From contig JAAILG010001203.1 in the NCBI GenBank assembly GCA_012026655.1, forward strand, positions 1-64,000: a stretch of 64,000 nt of DNA, written 5' to 3'. A model generated the notes under the pieces. It made no database searches. It worked only from the letters and a program-made list of their open reading frames with translations, and was not told where the DNA came from. The position numbers and the translations under genes are program-made. This DNA is from Hydrolagus affinis (Eukaryota). Position 1 is the stretch's first letter. Every line of letters begins with the position of its first letter. This document shows, piece after piece, positions 1 through 13,551 of this stretch.

Positions 1-257
1 CCGCTTAAGCTCCTCCCACGCGCTTTATCTTGGATTAGGTGGCTAGTGGTGAACTAAGTGTGTGTATGTATGGAGCTTCCTCGACTGAGACTGTGCTTGT
101 GTCGCGGAGGCTGCCGGGAGACAAGAAGCGCGCAAGATTTAAACTTTTGTTATAGCGAGCGCAGCTTTCACTAAGCGCATGGGGGGGTACAAATAGAAAC
201 CCTCGTTATAGTGAAGTTTCGTTAACAGGGCGTTCGTTAAGCGAACGGGGCTACCTG
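1..257. mobile_element. Right end of a CpG-rich pogo/Tigger-like (Tc1/mariner) non-autonomous DNA transposon inserted into a SINE
   Basis: Ends ...CGTTCGTTAAGCGAACGGGGCTACCTG followed by TA (258-259), with subterminal CGTTA(T/A) repeats. A SINE body starts immediately after. The left end is outside the window. Confidence 0.6.
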
Positions 258-438
258 TAATAAAATTGGTAATTTCAATCCATGTTTGTTTTTGGGACAC
301 TGCTGTGCAAAATTGGCTGCCATGTTTCACCCACAAATATACAATCAATTCACTTTACAGTGTATTCTTTGAAGCGCTTTGAGTCATCTAGAAGATGTGA
401 AAAGCGCTATATCAAATTCAAGGATGATTATTATTATT
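258..438 (+). mobile_element. 3' half of tRNA-derived Deu-domain SINE
   Basis: Deu core GGGACACTGCTGTGCAAAATTGGCTGCC, tail GAAGCGCTTTGAG...GAAAAGCGCTATATC, ending in (TTA)n. Confidence 0.85.
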
Positions 439-1659
439 TAACAGCCATCACCTAGCCGTCCTGCTAGGCAACCACATGACGCTACTCTGTAAAAGCCGCG
501 GAGACTTTTGCTGCTAGCAACGGATGCGTAAGCTCATAGTTTGCTTACGACGGAGACAAAACCCAAGCAACCTGCCGCCTATGGCTGCCCTTGTCAGGGA
601 GGACAACATTCTTTTTTGTGTAGTCTACAGGCATTCTGCAGATTTACTGGATCAAAATTCTAACATTTATTAATTGAAAATGAAATACTGAAGATTATAT
701 ATGGCAATGAGATCTAAATTATGGAGACACAAACAGGGGTTTCCTTATTAATGATAACAAACTCAGAAATGCAGACACCAGAGATCTCTCCAAACCTCAA
801 GTGAAGGTTTTTACTATTTGCAAGTAGGCCTCTTTATTTAGGAATTCCGTTAGAAATTGATGTATTTTAGATCCTTATTGTCATGTGGTGTTCTCTGAAG
901 ATTGAACAACAACAACAAAATTACATTTATAGAGTTCCTTTCGTGTCGGGAGGATGTCCCAAGGCGCTCAAGAAGCTGAAATGAAATAACAACAACTTAC
1001 AGATATATAGCATCCTTCATGTATCTCTTGTAGGATAGTATCTGGAAGTGCGTCCATATGGTGGCTGATAAGAATTTGATGGTTGAAACAGTTTTAGTAG
1101 AGGTTGCACAAAGCAATGGCAGGCGCTTTATTAATGTGGCACGCTATTTTGTGTACAACATTTGGCTAGATCTATTTGACCTTGTTGGCCTGGCTTTTTA
1201 ATGCAGTGGTGTATATCAAATTACAAAAGCTTCCTATAGCTTTGAAAGGCTTGTTTGCAGGATTTAGCATAAATGTGCAGCACATTCATGGTTAAATTAA
1301 AATCAGCCAAAAGGATGGTTGTATTCTATTTGAACAAGCTACAGTGATTTTGCTATTCTTATTATTGTAATAGGAACTGTTCGCAGATGTTCAAAATGAC
1401 TGAACAATGTATGGTTATGATAATCACGGCAAATAAGGCTGCATGAAGAAATTCAAAAGCATAATGTGCATACAAATTCTTCTGCCTGGAGTGACCACCA
1501 TTTTTGAAACCATGTACGTAATACAATATTTAATTCTGTACCAACTTTTTTCAATTGGTCTATCTATCTCTTTACAAGCTGAAATTTGTGGCATGGAGAG
1601 CAGAAATTTCTAACATCAGTATTCCATTATGTAGAAAGTGTTAATTTCCCTATATGCAG

Positions 1660-2135
1660 CTTATGAAGGGAAAAGCCAGGAAGCTCGAGGAAGAGGGAGT
1701 TTCCATAGTCGAGCCTTGATGTAATGAATGCGTGGACTAGGGTTTCGGCTGCCTGAGGGATGAGGCAGTGGCGGAGTCTGGCAATGTTGCGAAGGTGGTG
1801 GTAGGCAGTACTGATCATAGCGCGGATATGGGGGAGGAAGGGTCGAACAAGATGCTCAGGTTCCTCACTGGCTTAGAAAGGTGGAGAGTGCAGCCATGGA
1901 TGCTAATGCTGTCAGCACCTGAGGTGCGGAGGCGCTAACGCGAGCCAATCAGGAGGGCCTCAGTCTTGCGGACATTCAACTGGGAAAAGTTGTCTCTCGT
2001 CCAGGACTCAATGTCAGACAGGCAGGCAGTCGGAAGGCTGGTAGTCCTGGAGTTGAGGGTGGAAGCAGAAAGGTAGAGTTGGGTGTCATCCGCATACATG
2101 TGGGAATTTACCCCATGTCTGCGGATGATGTAAAC
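1660..2135 (-). mobile_element. L2 LINE ORF2 fragment (RT C-terminal region)
   Basis: Minus-strand translation HLRNIARLRHCL...ETLVHAFITSRLDYGNSL; YADD motif near 2090. Confidence 0.9.
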
Positions 2136-2740
2136 GACGGAATGAAAGCTTCAGCAGGGAACGAGATGTGGGGAAGTGAAGGCCATTAGGGAGAGGTAAG
2201 TGAAAGAGGTGGGCTGTGAGAATAGAGAGAGAGAAATGGCTGGAAAGAAAACTGGTTTTTGCAGCAGCTGCTATAATATTAGTTGAATTCTGAGTTACTT
2301 GATGAGCTTGCATTGTTTATTCCTACGAACTGATCAACAATGTACTGTTATGTTAGAGTGCTTTCACGCACAATTTGCCAGCTGTCTAATTACATCTGTT
2401 ACCATCTCCTCACCAGTGCTCATTTTGTCCACTGATGAAGAACTTTCTTTTTCTTCATAGGTCAACCAGGAATGCCACAGCTAAGCTGAATTCCATACTT
2501 TTTCCTTGCTATTTACTGAATTAGATCAATTGATAAACCCAAAATTTACTTAAAGAAAACACTAACCATGCAAATTGATTTTGTTTAAGCTTCTAGTGAG
2601 GACATAACTTTATTTCTGTGGCTACAATGATGTTTCTTTCTTTTTCTTCTTTCTGTGCATCGGTAGGAATTTTTGGAATGATTTTATTTTAAAGTGATAG
2701 TTGTTGTAAATATTTTTGTTGAATTTCTGTATTGGTGTAG

Positions 2741-2923
<183 letters not shown>

Positions 2924-5141
2924 TAGATAGCGGGACCATGTAACCTCCCCCCACTCAAAAGGACGCTGTGAATTGAATTCAGTGAATTCTAGTGGAATTA
3001 TGTTTATCTGCATTGTCTTTTGGAATAGGTATTATAGTCTAAAATGGTGATCATGTTGCATGGTGACAGTTGAATGTTGTAGGAAAAAATATATGAACCT
3101 TAAATAATGGGGTCTATCATCAGTTGAGAGCTAACAAAAGTTCTCCTTTTATTAGGACCCTTTACAGCCTGTTGTAACATGGCTTGCAGCATCCATAAAA
3201 TCACAACCCACAAAATAACAGAGCACAGTATACTCCAGCCTCTGGCCAATGACCTTGGGGTTGTTGGAGTTTCTGTTTAGGTGAGCCATGCACAGAAAGC
3301 ACGCCACTCAACACAAGCAGCTCTCTGGAACATGTTCAGTAGTTTTTGGGGTTGTTGCTGGGATCTCTAGTGCACAGGAAGCTGGTCAATCAGCAGTGAA
3401 AGCAGAAGGTGCTTTACATCTCAGTGTGTGGTGTTCATATCTTATATCCAAACCAACATATACCGGGTTCAGACTGTAATGCATATGATAGATTTCGCTG
3501 TTAGAAATCTGTCACATTTAGCCAAAATTAATTTAATTCACTGAATCTTTGATAACTTGGGATTTAGGCATACATCATAGCACAGGCTGAGTTATTCCTG
3601 TCACCTTCAATGTAAACAAAATTACATTTGTAAAGCACCTTTCATGTTGGGAGGACATCCCAAGGCACCTTTAGTTAAATGTTTACCCTATCGCTCTCAG
3701 TAGAAAGCAGGGAGCATCTGTGCTGAGCACAATTTGATGGGGGCAGCATTAACCTTTCTGGACCAAACCCAGCAGCAAGGCTCCAATACATTGATTTGAT
3801 CAAAGTGATTCAAAGGGGCCATATCATCCCACAGAGATAGATATATCAATGTATACAATGTTGGCATGGCAACATCAATGATATTGAACATGTTAATTCA
3901 ATGAGAACCTTTTCAAACCAGTACAGATTTTTCAAAGACATATTTTTTAAATTCAAAAGTATGCTCTCCACATCAAAACATTTCGTCTGAAGATCAAATA
4001 ATCAAAAGTGGCAAAAAGCTTTGTAGGCTTTAGAAGACAGATATATTTAGAAATAGAAAATATATCAGCACCTTGGGACGTCCTCTCGACGTGAAAGGCG
4101 CTATATAAATGTAAATTTTGATTGAGTTTTGATTGATAAAGAATGTTAACTTTTGACTTTTGTGGTACTGCATTAGGATTGTTTTAGTTTTAAATAATGA
4201 TGCAAATTCTAGCTCAGGTGCAGCTCAGAGAAAGAATGTGTAAGTTTTCTTTCCTTGATACAAGATAAGGGTCCCAACTGTATGTGTGGGAGTGTTAGTT
4301 TTTTGTGTTAGTTTTTTGCAACTACGTACTTTGTTAAATTCCTTATTAAAAATAGACAAGCAAATAGTTGTTAGCCAATTTACTCCTGGATCCAGTTTAC
4401 TGATTCTCACTGTGTCAGCTACTTTGTTCACATCCTTCAAAATGCTGGTTTTGAACATATGTATCAAAATATTATAATGTTGCTATTGAACAGTTATCAA
4501 ACTCTCTCTAGCATTCACTGTACCATATTCTGTCAAACGGTTTCCTTGCTCTGCTGGTGTAAATGACATTTTTGCTGCCTCCTCATCTGACCTACTTCGT
4601 TGATGCTGGATATTTGGCACGTAGACATTGTGCCACCAACTAGATAGGTAGATAGCGAGCAATGATTTCATGCTCACAAGGTTACAGACAATTCCACCAG
4701 GAAACATTAACTGAATTCATCTAAGTGAGCTGCTGATAAATCAAGTTATTGGATGTCAGTTAGCACAAAGGTTTGGCTTGCAACAACACTAGATTGAGGG
4801 ATGAATGATTTGAACTTTCCAATGTAAAGTCAAATGGAATAAGATAGCGACAGAAGTGTTCAAATTGTGGGCACAAAAATATCATGAATGGGTTATTGTG
4901 TCAGTGTCAGAAAACAATCCTCTTTACTGAGGATGTGCTGTTATGTCCAGAAACACTTTTTTGAGGATGGATGGATGGGGGAGAGGGGCGGTTGAGGGAC
5001 AAGACACTGTTTACATTTTTCCAAGTAGCACAGTTGCTAAGGAGTCACCATCCTTATTGAAGCACATCTGTAAAACTTTTTTTTCTCTCGAAGAGGGATA
5101 CGGGCCAAAATTTAGTGATCTGAATTGAGGTTATGTACAAA

Positions 5142-5467
5142 TGTGGAGTCCTGTAGCTTAGTGGTTAGAGCACTCGCCTTAGAAGAGTGAGACCTGTGTT
5201 CGAATTCAGGCAGGTCAGGGCGAAATTTTGGGCAAGTTTCCTTGCTCCACACGCCTAATAATAATCCCTCAAAAAAAAACACAATAATAAAATTGGTTAT
5301 TTCAATCCACAACTGTTTGTGGGACACATTTTGTGTAATTAGCTGCTGCATTTCACCCACAAATATAATCAATTCACTTCACAGTATATTCTATGAAGCA
5401 CTTTGAGACATCTAGAAGACGTGAAAAGCGCAGTATCAAATGCAAGTATTATTATTACTATTATTAT
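5142..5467 (+). mobile_element. Full-length tRNA-derived Deu-domain SINE (~325 bp)
   Basis: A-box TAGCTTAGTGG, B-box GTTCGAATT, Deu core, L2-like stem-loop tail and (TTA)n end. Confidence 0.9.
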
Positions 5468-5825
5468 AAATCAGATATGTCAATATATTTTGGTACAATT
5501 CACGTCATCATGACATGAACGAAAGTGGAAGTAATGCTCTTCAAGAGCAGATACCTTGAGTGAATCAATGAGTAGAAACCAGCACTGTTGTTATTTTCAG
5601 TTCCTATATTCAAAACTTTGCCAAAAGCTTTGTTGTGAAAATTAATAAGTGCAGATGTGTCCTCAGTTATCAAAAATGTGTACCTTGTAAGCTTAAGATG
5701 ACTTTTTCCTCACCAAAGATTTGAATTATGTATTTCTCTGTATGATGAAATATTATTATTGAGTTTAAAACCCATTTTAGGGTTTGTGTGTTGAACACAT
5801 CGAATGGGTCTTGTAAAATGATAAG

Positions 5826-6200
5826 GACAACAAGAGCTTGCATTTATATAGTGCCCCTCATGTAGGGTAGCGTTCCAAAGTGGCAGAGTACCACGCCGAA
5901 CTAAGGGAAGGGGGGAGGTGTCTGTAGGCACAGTCAAAGAGGAAGGTCGTCAGGTGTGATCCAAAATTGGGTAAAGAAGGGGCAAGGCAGAGGGATAGAG
6001 GAATAGTGTTTCAGAGCATAGTGGCTCAATGGAGAGCACAAGAGACGTGCATAAGGCTGGAGCCAGCCGAGCACAGACAGTGGATAATGGGTTGGAGAGT
6101 ACCGGTAAGCTGCTTGGAGCAGTAAGAGAGGTGCTAGGACATGAAGGGATTTGAAAACAAGTGTGAGGATCTTGAAATAGATCAATTTGGCGATAGGGAG
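5826..6200 (-). mobile_element. Old L2 LINE 3' fragment
   Basis: Minus-strand IYFKILTLVFKSLH.LAP motif plus degenerate L2 tail. Confidence 0.75.
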
Positions 6201-8067
6201 CAGGTATAGCTTGGCGAGAAGTGGTAGAGTGACACCAGAACAGGCCATTCAACTCAACTAGTCCATACCAGAACAGACAGGATACTGGTTTAACATTATA
6301 ATGTTTGACAAGTCCCGAATGTCAAAACACCATTCAACCAAGGCTTCCTTTCTGGACTGTTTTTATGTACTGTAGTTAGGTCCACGTTTTATGCAAAATT
6401 GCATTACTGTAGCTCGTATGCCTGGAGCAATCTCAAGACAGCATCTGTTTACTATTCAAATGAAGGATAATGAGAGAAATGCATAAACATTCTGTTCACG
6501 TTCTCCCCAAATGTCACTCGGGGTCTAGAAAGCAAGACACCTGCTATCAATGCTTGCTCTCCTCAGTATAATTTCCTTCATGTTGTTTATCATTCTCTGC
6601 CTACCGAATCATGAGCCTTCTCATTATAGAAGGGGCCCATTGGTGCCACTATGTCTGTACTGGTGCTTGCTCCGTCACTGAAGTTATCCACTCTGTCCCT
6701 TTCCTTTATAATATTATTTTCCTTCACATATTGCAAATCAGTGGAATACTGTAGTTCGATTCGATTCTGTCAGAACCATTCCTCATTTTGAAAACTTTTA
6801 TTCAAATGTTCTTCAATGTTTTAGCCCCAAATCTGTATTTAATTTTATGTGCTGCAAATAACACCACATGTATCCAGGCAACTTTGATAAAATAGATATA
6901 AGATTTGCTCCTATAACATATTCAACACATGAGCTGACAAATCCACAGCAAACTTTACTTTAAGTAATGTGAGGAGACAAAACATCTTTTCCAGGAACAT
7001 CACCTAGCACAGACATAATAAACTGTTAACAATACTCCCTTGGCAGCTTTACAGAGCTGTCACCAAGTTATTGTGCACACTGATTCATCTTCATCACATT
7101 GACCGACTGTCTGTCACATGGGAAACTCTTCATGGCTTGTCTAAACTGTTGGATGTAGTTTCAATTGCAGCATGTAGTTTCATATCCTGAGCTCCATCAT
7201 TCATCAGGAACTAACTGAAAAAGATCCATGCCACAAATACATAATGCAAAATAACATTTCTATAGCACCTTTCACTGGACAGTCGGCAATTTGGACCCAA
7301 GCTTGGGGATTGCGATCAGGGAGACTGGAGAACCGGGAAGGTAGGATGGTGGTTGAAGATACAGTCGAAGAGAAGGGTCTTGAGACATGCCTTGAATGAG
7401 GCAAGATACATCATATGGGGGTTGAAGAAGTGCTCTTCGAGAAAACAGGAATGTTACTCAATTTAGCCTCGCTACCTGAAAACGTGTCTCATGATGTACG
7501 CTGTATCTCCAGAATGTAGACCACACTGATCCGCACAGGCATCTTCAGCTCTGAAGTGATGGCATGATGTACATAGGTGTCTTGCTGAAGATGCAGTTTA
7601 CTGTGCCACAAAGTACTTTTTTTGTCTGGCAACAACAACAATTTGCACTTATATAGAGTCTGTTGCGCATTGTCTCAATGTATCAAGGCACCAGCAATGC
7701 TAAAATTCTTTCCTGCGGAGGACTGTTTTAACTTCAGTGGAAAATGTTTCAGAACATTAGCATCTATAATGAAACGCTTGGGGATATTTTGTCATAGTAA
7801 CTGGTAATTTCTCACTGAACACACAGAATCGAGAGCCTTCTGAACAGTACGTTATCTAAATTAGGGGAGCCAAGCGTTTATCTAAAAAAAAGGAAAGGTT
7901 TGCAGTATAACAATCTTGATAGTCAATAAGAAGAGAAATATAAAAAACGAGTCTTAATTGCTACCGTTTTACTGAACCAAAGTGAATACATTGTTTAAAG
8001 ACCACATGTACCCTATCTGACCTTTTTCTTATTTCTGTTTAGCCGCATCCATCAGCATTAAACGTAG

Positions 8068-8304
<237 letters not shown>

Positions 8305-9933
8305 TAAGTACTGGCTTTAATTATCTGGGCATGTAATTTCACTGTTATGACTAATAGAAACTGAGAAAAACGAGTGCCTGATTTGAAGCTGCAATCTAAA
8401 TCGTACAGGGCAATGTGAGTGAGGGGATTGCACCTTGCTGCTGACAGGACAAGCAGAGTTTGAGCACAAGCCTCACTCCAAGCGATTGGAGGCAATGTAG
8501 AGTAATGGAGAGCATTTGAGGGTGAAGGGGTAAGTTTGAGAAAGTCGCAGCATAAACCTACTCTCCACTGCTGGTGGTAATCTTATTTGGTATAACAAAT
8601 ATTATATTTGTTATACCAAATAAGGTATAACAAGATGGGCTGGAGTGACAGGCACCAGATACTCAATACACAACCATGAGAGGTGATCTTAGCAAATCCA
8701 ACAAGGACACATAAGAGATTGAGTGACAGACAGTTGTGGAATTGTGGCTTGAAGCTCTGGGAAGCAGGTTGGTTTCTGAATGCCATAAGAGTTAAACTAG
8801 TGCTTGTAATACTGAGAATGTTTATAGCAATGCTATTTTTCAAATGTACATTCTTGCTTTAAGTATTAGAGTTGGTAAATGGTGCAAATTATTTTTCTTA
8901 AAAATATTACTCCCATCTTCCAAAATGGACAGTGAAAACTGGAAGCAAGAAGCATAAAGGTAAGGACTATGTTTCAATTTAAAATTAGGTAGTAGCAAAA
9001 GATTAGATAAATAGAAAATAAGTAGGACAGGGGAAAAAATAAAGGCTGACATTAAAATGTGTGAATAGAAGGAAAAGAGTAATGGCAAGACCAGAACAAA
9101 CAACTGTTTAATATTAATGTTTATTTAAATTATGATTTTGAATTTATTTTAGAGAATTAGTGGAACATTTACAGGACACATCTACTCCAGTAATTGAAGA
9201 GCTGTATTAGTGTAATGTTCATACTGTATTTTTTGGTGATGGTATGTGAGCTGAAAACAGAACCATTCAGGCTTATAGAGCCAGCAGTGCATGGGGTTAA
9301 TGACTGATCATCAAGATGGATTGAGAATTGGTTGGCAACATAAAGCAGGAGGACCATGTTGCAAGATAAAAGCTCTGACTGGAAGCAGGGTACCAATGGA
9401 GTTTCACAGAGAATTAATCTGTGCCTTTTGGTGATCATTATATTCAAAAAACAATATGGAAATGGAAGCTATCAGCAGTAGCTTTGCACTAGTGTTATTT
9501 GCAGGTATTGCCCCCATCACTGAGAGGATAGTTTGGAGATGTTCTCCTGGACAGCGTGATGGATGTCTCATACACATCCTGTTCCCCTCTCTCATCTCTT
9601 CATGCATACATATATAATTCTTTCTATTTACTGTGGACAGCTAGGAGATGATTGCTGCACCATTACGGAAATAAATTATATCTGGTCTGGATTTAGACTA
9701 TTTCTTAGCATTTCAGAATGTCCAATTTTTTAACAATTCTTAAATTCAATTTTAATTTGGAACCTGTTCTTCTGCAGTTATTAATCTTACCTACAATTGA
9801 TTAAGGTTGGGTTTAAAAATTGTTCAAAAATTTGCCAGCTCTGAAATGTTAAGAATGTGTCTAAATGTGCCAAATATAGACGTAGTTGGAATCTATACCT
9901 ATATAAAATTGATGTAAATGATATGTTGCATAG

Positions 9934-10113
<180 letters not shown>

Positions 10114-10980
10114 TGATTCACAATATCTGAGTTCAGAGTAATCATTCTCAATTACAATTTAACACTACTGAATGAGAGTATCAAAAATCTCCAATCTCTC
10201 TTCAAATGAACCAGCATTATTATTATTGTTGTTATTGTTGTTACATTGACATTTGAGCTGATAAAATTAATGACATAAAACAACAACCATATCTTGATGG
10301 AGTATGAAAGACAGGTTATGAATGGTTTTAACATTCATGCTTAAACATCCAATTTAATCATTAATCCCTTAACATTCCTGGCTGATTGCCTAATCTTTTA
10401 CCTGATCCATAATTTTCTGAGATCTTACTGCTCTTAATTTAGATATTTTTTATATGTGATTTCTGATACAGTGTATTCCTCATCTAAGCTGTGGGGTCGA
10501 TTGAGACAATTTAAATTTGCGATATTCTGTAAAGCATTCCTAAACTTCTTTAGCAATGCTTTAAATAAAGCAGCAGGTGGCAACCTTTTACAAGTACAGG
10601 TAGTTTATTTCTCAGAGTTCTAGTGCTAAGATTTTGTTCGAACTACATTACGTTTATATTTTATGTTTAATTTTGCTTTCCCAGGAGTGATCTGTATGAG
10701 AAGAGGTTAAATGCCATACTATTTTTGATTAGTATTATTGACTTTTTAGTAATCAGATCAGAGACTTCCAAATTAAGTGTGACTTTAGAAATTCTCCAAT
10801 TTGCTTTTTAAAACTGGTGGCTTTAAGGCTAAAACTATGAGACATTTAAATCACTTGAATTATATACAAAAGAGAAGTTTGTAAATATAGCCACTAATTG
10901 GGTAAGGAGCTCTCACAGCTGAGATGCAATACACAAATTTCAAATACTGTACAAACAAATTGTATTGTAGAGTACCTGAT

Positions 10981-11350
10981 TGTGGAGTTCTGTAGCTCAG
11001 CGGTAGAGCCCTCGCCTTACAAGCGAGAGACCTAGGTTCGATTCCCTGCATGTCAGGTCAGGGCGAAACCTTGGGCAAGGAGCCTTGCTCCACACGCCTA
11101 ATAATAATCCCTCCAGAAATAACAATAGTAAATTAGTCGTTTCAATTAGTCACTGCTGTGCGCAATTGGTTGCCGCGTTTCACCCACAAATATGAATACA
11201 CAAATTTCAAATACAAACAAATTGTGTTGTAGAGTACCTGATTGTGGAGTCCTGTAGCTCAATTCACTTTCCAGTATATTCTGTGAATCGCTTTGAGAAG
11301 ACCAGAAGACTTAAAAAGCACTATATCAAGTGCAAAGATTATTATTATTA
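10981..11350 (+). mobile_element. tRNA-derived Deu-domain SINE containing an internal copy of its own 5' flank
   Basis: A/B boxes, Deu core and tail present; 11195-11261 duplicates 10928-10999. Confidence 0.88.
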
Positions 11351-11463
11351 TAAATGTATTTATACAGTGCTTTTCATGTAGGGCAGTGGTTCCCAACCTT
11401 TTTTTGCTGCGACCCTAAATTGGCCACCGACAGGTCTTCCCGACCCTTGGGGGCAACTGCGTG

Positions 11464-11811
11464 ACAACAACAACAACAACAAATTACATTTATAGAGCGC
11501 CTTTCACGTTGGGAGGACGTCCCAAGGCGCTGCACAGGNNNNNNNNNNNNNNNNNNNNNNNNNNNNNNNNNNNNNNNNNNNNNNNNNNNNNNNNNNNNNN
11601 NNNNNNNNNNNNNNNNNNNNNNNNNNNNNNNNNNNNNNTGGGAGGGGAGTGTTTGGGCGGGGGTGAAACACGAAGGGGAGGTTGAAAAATTCGGGGTGGA
11701 ACAAAAGGCACGGTCGAAGAGGAAAGTCTTCAAACCGGTCTTGAAAGAGGAAAGGGAAGAAACGAGACGAAGGGATTGGGGGATAGAATTCCATAGGGTG
11801 GGAGCGGAGCG
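11464..11811 (-). mobile_element. Young L2 LINE 3' end nested in the hAT MITE (spans assembly gap)
   Basis: (CAA)n tail, stem-loop tail, and the ORF2 end SAPTLWNSIPQSLRLVSSLSSFKTGLKTFLF on the minus strand. Confidence 0.88.
11539..11638. other. Assembly gap (100 N)
   Basis: Run of N. Confidence 1.
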
Positions 11812-12579
11812 GTGACTGTAGCGAAGCTCAGCCAAGACGATATCTCCTTCTCTTTTGTGGACTCAGTGCAACTCGTTAGTACGGTCTTTCATACAAATTG
11901 GTTGGCGGTGTTGCCTCGGGCACTTTTCAGCATTAAAAATAAAAATTTCTGATGACCCTTCGCGACCCTGATTTGGGTCGGGAGCTGAGATTGGGAAACA
12001 CTGATAGGGAGAATGTCCCAATGTGCCTAGCTTTGTAAATCAATCAAGTTTCACTTTCTGGGCTTATAACACAGGTGATTCTTTTGACTGTATTAAAACT
12101 TTATTGTGCTTTGCAAACCAGTTAGGTTTCCTATCAAGATATTGATTACCTATTCTTCTGATTAGCACTATAATTCACCAATTATTAGCCAAATCTCTGT
12201 GATATAATTCAAAGCATTGTCACATGCAAAAGTGTCTTTATCAATACTGTTGCTTGACTAACAAGATCTATCTCCTCTCTTTCATTTCTGTGCAGATTCG
12301 CATGCTGTTACAGTAACCATGTAATTGGTTTCAATTTAGTTTCAAACTAAATTTTCTGTTTTAATTGATCCTTAAGGAGCAAAATAAGTTTAACATTTAG
12401 CTTAATTTTGTTTTATTCAGCATCTTGGGACATCGTCCAGACGTGAAAGGCGCTATACAAATGTAATTTTGTTGTTGTTGTTGTTGTTGTTGCACTTCTG
12501 GGTTTTTTAATGATCATTGTTCTGGAGCTTTTTTGTTAATTTCCTTCTCAAATTTTCTCTCCCCTTCTCAAAAGCTGCT

Positions 12580-13200
12580 TCCGCAACTACCTCAACCCCA
12601 AAGTTGCTGAAATCCTCATCCATGACTTCATTACTTCCTGGCTTGACTATTCAAATGCCCTGCTTGTCAGCCTTCCCAATTCCTCTCTCCACAGGTTGCA
12701 GATGATCCAGAACTCTGCAGCCCATGACCTCTACCGTTCCAAACTCTGTGACCCCATCTCCCCATCCTTGCCCGACTTCATTGGTTTCCCATCACCTAGA
12801 GGATCCAATTCAAGATCCTGGTCCTCACATTCAAAGCCCTCCACAATCTCGCCCCACCCTACATCCGTGATCTTCCAACACGTGCTCGCCCCCTCCGCTC
12901 AGCAGGCTGTGGCCTGCTCAATATCCCCCGACCCATCTGCCCCACCAATGGTGGGCAAGCCTTTAGCCACTCTACCCCCAACCTCTGGAACTCCATCCCG
13001 CAGACCCTCTGCCTCACCACCTCCCTAGCCTCCATCAGGTCCCGCCTCAAGACTCTCCTTTTCGATGGTCCCATCGCCAACTCCTATTCCCCCACTTCCC
13101 TCCCCATTCCCAGCTCAGGTGTGACACAGTGACTGTCTAGCACCTTGGGACATCCTCCTAACATGAAAGGCGCTATACAATTTTAATTTTGTTGTTGTTG
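12580..13200 (+). mobile_element. L2 LINE 3' fragment
   Basis: Degenerate LDYSN / LQMIQNSAA / PTLWNS motifs and L2 tail with (TTG)n. Confidence 0.88.
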
Positions 13201-13353
13201 TTCAGTGCCTTGGGATGTCTTCTCCACATGAAAGGTGCAATACAAATGTAATTTGTTGTTGACTAACAATGGGTACAGTATTATGGTTTTATTCCACTAT
13301 CCAAAATGAGCCTAAACAATGGGATGTCTCTTAAAATAATTGTTAAAACATTG

Positions 13354-13551
13354 TCAAAAACAGAAATCGCTGGGAACACTCAGCAGGTCAAGCAGCATCT
13401 ATAGAGAAAGGAAAAGTGAGTCATCGTTTTGGGTCCATGACCCTTCGTCAGAACACTTTCCTTTCTCCATGGATGCTGCCTGACCTGCTGAGTGTTCCCA
13501 GCAATTTCTGTTTTTGTTTCAGATTTCTAGCACCTGCAGTATTTGGCATTT
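13354..13551. mobile_element. Short palindromic Penelope-like-element derivative with hammerhead-ribozyme-like core
   Basis: ~63-bp inverted arms (13355-13418 / 13454-13516). The loop on the - strand reads CTGACGA-A-GGGTC-ATG-GACCC-AAAAC. Flanked by TTGTTAAAACA(T/G)TG direct repeats at 13340-13353 and 13552-13565. Confidence 0.7.

Larger units (their letters stand above)
11384..12003. mobile_element. hAT (Charlie-like) MITE carrying a nested L2 3' fragment
   Basis: Termini CAGTGGTTCCCAACC...GATTGGGAAACACTG; GCGACCC subterminal motifs; flanks atgtaggg / at--aggg (8-bp TSD with a 2-nt deletion); it splits an older L2 tail. Confidence 0.75.

Noticed and set aside
5142-5215. tRNA-like cloverleaf heads (also 10981, 53156, 55305) with a CTCGC/GCGAG anticodon-like stem
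   Set aside because: Each runs directly into a SINE body and lacks a proper acceptor stem and terminator. These are SINE heads, not tRNA genes.
6970-7005. AAAACATCTTTTCCAGGAACATC resembles the alpha exon KILFPGRD
   Set aside because: No upstream DIWSVGC codons, no acceptor and no U12 donor; chance similarity.
7540-7593. 10-bp inverted repeat CATCTTCAGC / GCTGAAGATG
   Set aside because: Too short and isolated to exceed chance; no TSD or family support.
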